A stretch of DNA of 56,247 bases from a virus. Lineage: Duplodnaviria; Caudoviricetes. This document shows positions 1 to 6,286 of this stretch, piece by piece. A program made the position numbers and the translations under genes. The notes under the pieces are model-generated. The model made no database searches. It was not told the origin of the DNA and worked only from the letters and a program-made list of their open reading frames with translations. Where the stretch lies: IMG/VR virus record IMGVR_UViG_3300049427_000022, positions 1 to 56,247 of that record; one strand, given 5' to 3'. Within the stretch, counting starts at the first letter, position 1. Every line of letters starts with the position of its first letter.

Positions 1-447
1 CTTTACAATCTGGCGAATTGCCGGGGAAGTATCGCCGTCGTAGGTGAAGCTTTTAATGTCGATTCCCATTTCGGCAATGATTTCGTTTAGTTCGCTTTTT
101 TGGTCTTGCGCCAGGGCCTTCGTCAGAAATAAGTAAAGGGCGCGGGCGTCGTCGTCTTCGGCTACCGCCTGTAGAACAGGAAGGTTATAGCATAGCGTTT
201 TTCCCGAAGCTGTCGGGGTTACAGCTACTACGTTTTCGCCTTTACGAATAGTTTCGTAAGCGGTGTACTGGTGACTGTATAAATGTTCAATCCCTCTTTT
301 AGCCAGTGCGTCTTTTATGCGCGAATCTACGCTATCAGGCATAGGTCGGGTTTTTGCTTCTATAGGTTCAACTTCGTGCCAGTTGATTATATTTTCATTC
401 CCTTTTAATTCCTCTATGAGTTGGGAAAGATTTTTCTTTCGAAACAT
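1..447 (-). CDS. mrfA: DEAD/DEAH-box helicase MrfA/YprA, 5' part only (runs off the window)
   Basis: Not in the ORF track; translated by hand: MFRKKNLSQLIEELKGNENIINWHEVEP...LYSHQ...TPTASGKTLCYNLP...LYLFLTKALAQDQ...TYDGDTSPAIRQIVK. Contains Q motif, Walker A and motifs Ia/Ib of the YprA family. RBS AAGGAG upstream. Confidence 0.88.
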   Translation of the reverse strand, partial: MFRKKNLSQLIEELKGNENIINWHEVEPIEAKTRPMPDSVDSRIKDALAKRGIEHLYSHQYTAYETIRKGENVVAVTPTASGKTLCYNLPVLQAVAEDDDARALYLFLTKALAQDQKSELNEIIAEMGIDIKSFTYDGDTSPAIRQIVK

Positions 448-467
448 TATAACATCACTCCTTTATA

Positions 468-479
468 GAACGACTGTTC
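468..479. promoter_or_regulatory. LexA/DinR (Cheo) SOS box upstream of mrfA
   Basis: GAAC-GACT-GTTC matches Firmicute GAAC-N4-GTTC; lies between a minus-strand TATAAT (484-489) and the RBS. Confidence 0.7.
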
Positions 480-506
480 CCCCATTATAAACGTTCCTGG
501 CAAAAT

Positions 507-537
507 AAAAAAAGCCTATTTTTAACAGGCTTTTTTT
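507..537. terminator. Intrinsic terminator, bidirectional geometry
   Basis: A7-GCCT...AGGC-T7 downstream of ORF 550..744. Confidence 0.65.
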
Positions 538-549
538 CTGGCTCATTAT

Positions 550-744
550 TTATGATTGTAATATTTCATATTCCCAGGCGCAGCCTTGGCAAGCTGCTAC
601 GGTTTCGGTTTCCGTTTCCCCTGTTATTGTATGTATCGTCGTTACCCGGAAGCGGTCGAATAGTTCGGTTTCCCGGCAGCTGCGGCAGTACCCGGTAGCA
701 GTCGTCAGATAGACGCGGCTTACTGGTTCCTGGTTCTCGTTCAT
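550..744 (-). CDS. Small zinc-ribbon protein
   Basis: CRSC...CQGC; start overlaps upstream stop (ATGA). Confidence 0.65.
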   Translation of the reverse strand: MNENQEPVSRVYLTTATGYCRSCRETELFDRFRVTTIHTITGETETETVAACQGCAWEYEILQS

Positions 745-1055
745 GCTCGACTAAGCCCCCTATGTAATGGGTCAATAAGTTTCTCGCAGGCTTCCAGCTT
801 CGTATGGTCATACATTCCGAGTCGTTCCGCTATCCGCATATGTTGGTTAGGTTGTCCTTCTCGTTCCAGGTAAAGAAGCGCCCCGGCGCAATGTTCTTTT
901 TTTGCTGTGTTTAGCGTCTTATGACATTGGAAGGAGTTCCCTGCCATAAGATCGTTAGCTATGCCTTTTATACGGCCTTCTTCCAGTGTTGTATTCGTAC
1001 TGCTGCCTTCGATAAAGGGGCAGTCTTTACATGGCTTCGTTAGGTTAAAGTTCAT
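741..1055 (-). CDS. Cys/His-rich hypothetical phage protein
   Basis: PCKDCPF...FQCHKT...HCAGAL; G-rich RBS. Confidence 0.7.
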   Translation of the reverse strand: MNFNLTKPCKDCPFIEGSSTNTTLEEGRIKGIANDLMAGNSFQCHKTLNTAKKEHCAGALLYLEREGQPNQHMRIAERLGMYDHTKLEACEKLIDPLHRGLSRA

Positions 1056-1068
1056 GCCCGGCCCCCCT

Positions 1069-1572
1069 TTACGCGAATACCGATTTACGGCAGTATCGGC
1101 ATTTCCCGCATGTTACCGCGTCGGCTTCCTGGTCAGTAATGCTTTCCGGGTCTATTGTTCCAGCCAGGCCGCAGCCAGTGGAATTTTTGCTATCTGGTTC
1201 GTACAAGTGTATTTTCGGGTTTCCCTGGTAGCGTACCGTTTGTACGGTCTTCGGTAGCATTACGCCCAGGTCTGCGGCTACCCGCTTTTCGACTGCCGCG
1301 AAGTCTACAGCGATTACTGGCGCAGCTGCTATACTTGCCGCATGTTCGCCCCAGCCCAGCAATTCAAGCAGTGCTTTCGCCCTTTGCGCTTTATCCGGGT
1401 TAGCTGCCATATAGAGAGGTATCATTTCTTCCAGCAGTTCACGCTGGCCGAATTCCGGGCCGTTCGCTTTCGCTAGGGCATCGAGCAGCGCGCGCGTTTC
1501 CGGGACTAACTTTGTGCTATATACTACCAGGGTCTTACCTTCCGCGATTCGTTTACCTTTTGCCATTTGCAT
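1069..1572 (-). CDS. Putative ribbon-helix-helix DNA-binding protein with C-terminal Zn finger
   Basis: Strand-helix-helix pattern VVYSTKL-PETRALLDALAKAN-QRELLEEMIPLY; C-terminal H..C...TCGKC. Confidence 0.55.
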   Translation of the reverse strand: MQMAKGKRIAEGKTLVVYSTKLVPETRALLDALAKANGPEFGQRELLEEMIPLYMAANPDKAQRAKALLELLGWGEHAASIAAAPVIAVDFAAVEKRVAADLGVMLPKTVQTVRYQGNPKIHLYEPDSKNSTGCGLAGTIDPESITDQEADAVTCGKCRYCRKSVFA

Positions 1573-1608
1573 TACCGCCCTCGTTCAATGGATTATGTAT
1601 CTACCATA

Positions 1609-1640
1609 ATTATACTAGTAAAGATAACTTTAAGTAAAGA
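1609..1640 (-). promoter_or_regulatory. SigA-type promoter overlapped by a TAAAG-N4-CTTTA site
   Basis: TTTACT(1633-38)-18-TATAAT(1609-14); palindrome at 1619-1632 and extra TAAAG at 1635-39. Confidence 0.55.
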
Positions 1641-1659
1641 CTTTTAATGACTGATTAAG

Positions 1660-1903
1660 GGCTGCAACTATGATATATAAAACCATCGTTCCGAAAGGGG
1701 GGTACTTCTATACAAAAAGTAAAAGCCGGGTAAGTGTACTAAGAAAGTACCCCCCCGGCAAATTACAGCGTTCTTATATTAAAAGTTCAAAAGAGTAGAA
1801 CAAAGAAGTAATACTATAAGTAATAGATACTAATAATAACTATATATATATATAACTATTATTATTTATTATTTATATATTTATATTATATATTAGTAGT
1901 CTT
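1660..1903 (+). repeat. Origin-like element A; inverted homolog of 31918-32154
   Basis: 11-bp IR GGGGGGTACTT(1697-1707)/AAGTACCCCCC(1745-55), then AATAAC(TA)7ACTATTATTATTTATTATTTATATATTTATAT (1835-1886). Confidence 0.85.
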
Positions 1904-1919
1904 TTTACGCTGGAAGTCT

Positions 1920-2276
1920 TTACAGCCAGGTTTGCAGCTTTTCGAAATCCTTACCAGTCGCTTTTACATATAAACGCTGGCCGTCTTCGAAAGATATTAC
2001 CGCTGTACTAGCGTCTTTCTTACGGCCCCCAATTGCCGCGCCTGCAATCAGGCCTAAGCCCCCTGTAAGCACTCCGCCAATGATTGCCCCTGCTGCGGCT
2101 TTTCCCGCGCTTCGGGATGCGGCTTCCTGCCAGTCTAGCCCGGCGACTGTTAGCGTCGAAGAAGTGAACAATCCCGTTTTAAATTTAAGCGTACCTGGAT
2201 TGTTCCCCTTGTCTATGTATACGTCTATCCCCTTCACATGCTTACAGCCCGTTACGATTTTTAATCTAAGTGACAT
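1920..2276 (-). CDS. Glycine-zipper membrane-associated protein
   Basis: Start refined to MSLRLK after GGAAGGGG RBS; GKAAAGAIIGGVLTGGLGLIAGAAIGGRKK motif. Confidence 0.7.
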   Translation of the reverse strand: MSLRLKIVTGCKHVKGIDVYIDKGNNPGTLKFKTGLFTSSTLTVAGLDWQEAASRSAGKAAAGAIIGGVLTGGLGLIAGAAIGGRKKDASTAVISFEDGQRLYVKATGKDFEKLQTWL

Positions 2277-2307
2277 ACGTACCCAGCCCCTTCCTATTAT
2301 TTCCTTT

Positions 2308-2338
2308 ATTCTACATCGAATGTTCTCCCTAGACAACA
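2308..2338 (-). promoter_or_regulatory. Promoter with degenerate repressor operator
   Basis: TTGTCT-17-TAGAAT; TGTTCTCCCTAGACAACA at 2321-2338. Confidence 0.45.
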
Positions 2339-2347
2339 AAAAACGAC

Positions 2348-2369
2348 AAAAGGCCCGCTATGGGGCCTT
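2348..2369 (-). terminator. Probable terminator
   Basis: AAGGCCC/GGGCCTT stem with short U tract on the minus strand. Confidence 0.45.
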
Positions 2370-2372
2370 CTA

Positions 2373-2657
2373 CTAAGTATATATGCGTATAAAGTTGTCT
2401 TCGTCTGCAATGGCTGTGTTATCCCATTTTCGGGAAGCTAGCAGCTTCGCCTGGGCGATGTCGCCAGCCCTTACGGCCTTCTGTATTTCTCCTATACGGT
2501 AATGGCGCTGCTTGTCGTGAATGGATACCAGCGCCAGCTGCGAAAGAATGACCAGCTGGCCGTCTGTCATGTCTGCGGTAAAAAGGCCCTTCGTGTAATT
2601 CTCTACCGCCATCTTTATGTACTTGTCTATAAATTGCTGCGTCGCTCTTTTATTCAT
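2373..2657 (-). CDS. Hypothetical protein
   Basis: 94-aa ORF with GGGAGAG RBS. Confidence 0.65.
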   Translation of the reverse strand: MNKRATQQFIDKYIKMAVENYTKGLFTADMTDGQLVILSQLALVSIHDKQRHYRIGEIQKAVRAGDIAQAKLLASRKWDNTAIADEDNFIRIYT

Positions 2658-2693
2658 TTGTCGCCACTCTCCCTATTCTTTACAGATATTATG

Positions 2694-3002
2694 TCATTTC
2701 GGTGCTACAGGAACAATAAGCCATTTACCGGGTACAATGCGGTACGCCGGGTTCGTGTCCAGCACTTCGTAAGCTTCCGGGTCAAGCCCCTGGTCTATCA
2801 AGTCTGCGGGGCGTTTTACGAAAGTGCCGTCGTTCAGCGGGTTACGTGCTTTCTGCGCCAGCTGTAGGCTTCCGCTAAAAGCTTTCGGCTTTATCATTTT
2901 CCCGCAGTCCGAAGCCCATACTACAGCATGGCTGTAAGTCCTATCAGTCGTTCGCGTTACCTCTATCCCGTTAACTACTGCTGAACAAATCGTTTTTGCC
3001 AT
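2694..3002 (-). CDS. Hypothetical protein
   Basis: Start refined to MAKTICS after GAGGG RBS. Confidence 0.65.
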   Translation of the reverse strand: MAKTICSAVVNGIEVTRTTDRTYSHAVVWASDCGKMIKPKAFSGSLQLAQKARNPLNDGTFVKRPADLIDQGLDPEAYEVLDTNPAYRIVPGKWLIVPVAPK

Positions 3003-3025
3003 ATTGTCGCCCTCATTTCGTAAGT

Positions 3026-3092
3026 TGTTATCTATAGGCAACATTATATATAAATAACAATTAAAAGTAAAGACATCTTTATAACTTTACTT
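3026..3092 (-). promoter_or_regulatory. Promoter carrying both a repressor operator and a TAAAG-N4-CTTTA array
   Basis: TTTACT(3066-71)-17-TATAAT(3043-48); operator TGTTATCTATAGGCAACA 3026-3043; array 3068-3089. Confidence 0.7.
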
Positions 3093-3247
3093 ATTCAATA
3101 AGCAAAGACTTATAAATTAGAGAGTCGCCCCGAATTATCTAAAATTTCCATGGGTACTATATGCATTTAAATATTCACACTTTAGCCACATGAATGTTAT
3201 CCCAAAATTAGAAGGATTACCCGAAAATGTCGAATGCGATAACGTAC

Positions 3248-3291
3248 AAAAAGCCTACGCTGTAAGGTTTTTCAGCGTAGGCTTTATTTTT
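3248..3291. terminator. Strong hairpin / bidirectional terminator
   Basis: 13-bp perfect stem AAAGCCTACGCTG/CAGCGTAGGCTTT. Confidence 0.65.
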
Positions 3292-3426
3292 GTTGGATAC
3301 AATTGTCTTCATTTGTCGTTTAGTGTCGATATATTATGATAGCTTCGTATCAAATTTACATTTATTATAGAAAAAAAGAACTCTACGCTAGCGTAGAATC
3401 GCGGTCGGAGTAAACCGTAAAACGGT

Positions 3427-3663
3427 TTACTTTACTGCCTTCTCACCAAACAACAAAAAGCCATTTTCGTATAAAGCACGGGGGTCGCAGCCTAAAACAT
3501 TGGATACAATGAATATGCTTCTTAAAGACATAGCACGTTCATTAGTAGCCCAAAAGGATATTTGCCGAAAATCAAAACCCGTTTCTTCGGCTAACTTCTG
3601 CTGGTTCCAACCTTTGGCGGCTAATTGGTTATTGAGAAGGCAGTGTCCGACTTCACCAGTCAT
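3427..3663 (-). CDS. XRE-family HTH protein
   Basis: WNQQKLAEETGFDFRQISFWATNERAMSL HTH pattern; GGAGG RBS. Confidence 0.8.
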   Translation of the reverse strand: MTGEVGHCLLNNQLAAKGWNQQKLAEETGFDFRQISFWATNERAMSLRSIFIVSNVLGCDPRALYENGFLLFGEKAVK

Positions 3664-3803
3664 AACGGCCCTCCGAATGATACATTTTTCAACTTATCTA
3701 TCATAAGGTATTTTCGCTTTACAGGAAAGGAGTGGAAAATAATACAATTGATTATTGTATGTGTTAGAAGTATTTAACTTACATCATAAGAGGGGTACTA
3801 CAC

Positions 3804-4028
3804 ATGTGGATAACGGATAATGAGGACTTAACTGAATTGATTGCTTCCGCAAAAAATAGACTAAAGATATTACGCAGGCAGCAAGAAGAAGATTTAGAGG
3901 AATTGGCAGCAGCTAATAAAACCGTTAAAAATGCACAAGAAGCGCTGCTACATAATTTACAAAAATCGGCTATGGATGAAATAAACGCGCTACAAGCAGC
4001 CGTCGACGCTGCGCTATTTAACGCTTAA
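3804..4028 (+). CDS. Hypothetical helical protein
   Basis: GAGGGG RBS, 74 aa, followed by a terminator. Confidence 0.65.
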   Translation: MWITDNEDLTELIASAKNRLKILRRQQEEDLEELAAANKTVKNAQEALLHNLQKSAMDEINALQAAVDAALFNA

Positions 4029-4033
4029 AATAC

Positions 4034-4064
4034 ACCCGGACAGATTTATCTGTCCGGGTCTTTT
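4034..4064 (+). terminator. Intrinsic terminator
   Basis: 12-bp stem ACCCGGACAGAT/ATCTGTCCGGGT followed by CTTTT. Confidence 0.75.
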
Positions 4065-4076
4065 AATATAACAAAT

Positions 4077-4105
4077 AAAAAAGCCCCCAGCCGTTAGGCT
4101 AGGGG
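4077..4105 (-). terminator. Terminator of the lysis operon
   Basis: CCCCTAGCC-TAAC-GGCTGGGGG then T6 on the minus strand. Confidence 0.7.
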
Positions 4106-4157
4106 AAAAGTCGAAGGAAAAAACTTCCCAGCTTTGGGGCTACGCCCGCCGCCAGGA

Positions 4158-4367
4158 TTACTTCGTATTCGTTTCGTGTCCGAAAGTGCTGTAAATCCCG
4201 CCGCCTAATAGTGCGTAGGTAATAAGGTCTACGTACAGCTGGTAAGTTCCCAGGTCGGGCGCTTGTCCGTATTTCGCAAGTACCTGATAAATCACCGAAG
4301 CTATAGCCGCCAGGAATAGCGGGTTTGTAATTCTCTTTTTAAATGCTGCTTTCTGTTTCTTTGTCAT
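4158..4367 (-). CDS. Holin
   Basis: Two hydrophobic helices, basic N-terminus, next to the endolysin. Confidence 0.75.
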   Translation of the reverse strand: MTKKQKAAFKKRITNPLFLAAIASVIYQVLAKYGQAPDLGTYQLYVDLITYALLGGGIYSTFGHETNTK

Positions 4368-5125
4368 TTGATACCAGCCGCCTTTCGCGCTTCTTCCGCT
4401 AATGTATGTTGCCTGTCACGAAGGGCCAGCTGCTTCTTCGCTTCTGCTGCGTTTCCTACCTTCTTCGCTGCTAGGTATGCTTCGTTATGTTTGCCCCATG
4501 CAGGGCCTAGAAACCCGTCGATAATGTCCTGCGCGAAGGGCTTAAAGCGTTTCTGCGATTCTTTTAATGCCATTTCGTCGTCCTCCCCTATTCGTGTGTA
4601 CAGTTCCTGCCAGGGGAATTTCGGCCCAGGGCAGTAAGGTTTTCTTACCGGGTCAATTTGAAAGTGACCGACGACGGTATAGCTGTTGAGAGGAAAGCGC
4701 TCGGATTCGCCCCATATACGGGCTACTTCGTCAGTTATGTACTTATGCAGCCACACACTTGCCGCCAGCTGCGCTTCGGTTAGCTGGCCGTCGGTTCCCT
4801 CATGTTCGATTCCAATTAGGAATTTATTGGGGTTAACAAATTCTTTACGACATTTATCTTTTACAATTTGGGCCTTAACTTTTGACAGGGTTACAGCAGT
4901 AATCCCTTGCGTCCATGCCATGCGACGAATATCTACGTATTGGTCGATTTCGCCCGACTTGCTTATGCCGAAGTGCGCGCTGCTTACTTCGTTCCCTGCG
5001 CTGGTAAACCATTGCCGCATACTGTACATAGTGCCACCGCTTATATGGTCACAGATACCGATAGGTATATGACCTTCCCGGCTGCTGTTGTTCGTGTGTG
5101 CGTTACCTCGCTGTACAATTTGCAT
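4364..5125 (-). CDS. Endolysin, N-acetylmuramoyl-L-alanine amidase (Amidase_2)
   Basis: CDH, SAHF, AWTQG, IGIEHEG, GH, K.YCPG motifs. Confidence 0.9.
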   Translation of the reverse strand: MQIVQRGNAHTNNSSREGHIPIGICDHISGGTMYSMRQWFTSAGNEVSSAHFGISKSGEIDQYVDIRRMAWTQGITAVTLSKVKAQIVKDKCRKEFVNPNKFLIGIEHEGTDGQLTEAQLAASVWLHKYITDEVARIWGESERFPLNSYTVVGHFQIDPVRKPYCPGPKFPWQELYTRIGEDDEMALKESQKRFKPFAQDIIDGFLGPAWGKHNEAYLAAKKVGNAAEAKKQLALRDRQHTLAEEARKAAGIK

Positions 5126-5508
5126 TAAGGCGTACCTCCTTTCGCGGCTAGGTAGCCGATTAGTGCAGCTACGGTTATGGTTACAATCTTTACTATTGTT
5201 GTTTGCCAGTTGGTGGATTGCTGGCCGCTTTGCTTCGTCATATTTTGCAGCAGCTTCGCGCTATCGCTAGTCATTTGACCGAATATAGTTAAGATACGGT
5301 TTTCGAAGCCGTCCAAACGTGGGAAAATCGTTTCTACTAAGGTCTGCGTCTTTACCTGGTTACTTCCTAGCAGCTGTACGTCGCTTCGCAGCTGGTTATA
5401 GTTGTCTTCGATTCGCGCCAGGCGCTGCCGCGTTTCTATCGCTTCTGCGTTAAGCCTGGCGATATGTTCGCCGTATTCTTCCGGGCTGGGTATTCTTCCT
5501 GGTTCCAT
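5125..5508 (-). CDS. XhlA-like lysis-associated membrane protein
   Basis: Coiled coil plus C-terminal TM helix, upstream of the endolysin. Confidence 0.6.
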   Translation of the reverse strand: MEPGRIPSPEEYGEHIARLNAEAIETRQRLARIEDNYNQLRSDVQLLGSNQVKTQTLVETIFPRLDGFENRILTIFGQMTSDSAKLLQNMTKQSGQQSTNWQTTIVKIVTITVAALIGYLAAKGGTP

Positions 5509-5602
5509 CTGGCCGCTGCCCCCTTCTTGTCGTCAATAGAAAAAACCCCCAATTTTTGGGGGCATCGGTATTCTAACTGTGTAGGTTGAATTCTTGTTAT
5601 CT

Positions 5603-5869
5603 TTACGTCAGAGGTACAGGCACATACTGCGGGTCTTCCGGCCCTTTGAGTGCTAACGTATCGGCATGGTGCTGCGGGCTAATCCAGCCGTTCGCAAGGG
5701 CGCGGTCAATATCATTAATAAAGTAACTGCGGGCAGCGTAGTTCATAACCGGGCCGCCTGTTGGTTCTACATATTCGGGCCTAGTTGCTTCGATTTTCTC
5801 GAAACTGTTTGCCCCTGTAAGATAGACGTTAGTGGCGTAAGACTTTACAAGTAGATTATTTACAGCCAT
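5603..5869 (-). CDS. Small tail-associated protein
   Basis: Position after tail fibre and its chaperone. Confidence 0.55.
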   Translation of the reverse strand: MAVNNLLVKSYATNVYLTGANSFEKIEATRPEYVEPTGGPVMNYAARSYFINDIDRALANGWISPQHHADTLALKGPEDPQYVPVPLT

Positions 5870-6276
5870 TAAATTACCCCCGTTTCGATTAGTAGTTCTA
5901 GCATTTGTTGCAAGGTATCGCCTTGTTCCTTAACTACCCGATTACTAGCTGCCTGTTCGTCTCTAGCCGTTCGCAATTCAGCTTCCAGGCTTTCTATTTT
6001 TAGCTGCTCGTCTGTCTTCGGAGTTGGCTCGTTCTCCTTATCAATTTCCTCCTGTGTCTTTTCGCGTGGCAATACATTAACCAATTCACCTTCTACCACA
6101 TGAAGCGTAAAGTATGGGTGGAACTGTTTGATCTTAGCTGCCAAACCCGCGCCTTCTTCGGTGCCGCAATCAACAATATAATAAGGTTCCGTCGAGTCAG
6201 GATATGTCCCCTCATGTAGCCAGTAACCCGTTTCGTATGCCCCGCTTTCGAATATAAGAAGCTTGTCTTGATTCAT
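5869..6276 (-). CDS. Putative tail fibre assembly protein (XkdW-like position)
   Basis: Start refined to MNQDKL after GGAGGG RBS; C-terminal coiled coil. Confidence 0.55.
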   Translation of the reverse strand: MNQDKLLIFESGAYETGYWLHEGTYPDSTEPYYIVDCGTEEGAGLAAKIKQFHPYFTLHVVEGELVNVLPREKTQEEIDKENEPTPKTDEQLKIESLEAELRTARDEQAASNRVVKEQGDTLQQMLELLIETGVI

Positions 6277-6286
6277 TGTCACCCTC

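Noticed and set aside
1-30. attL/attR arms at the window ends
   Set aside because: Only faint TTA...CTGGC similarity to the reverse complement of the right end; att sites cannot be defined without flanking sequence
3211-3235. SigH promoter (AGGA...GAAT)
   Set aside because: 15-nt spacing is shorter than typical, and there is no clear downstream gene
3217-3312. 31-aa minus-strand peptide as a type I toxin
   Set aside because: No RBS, and the ORF runs through the terminator hairpin
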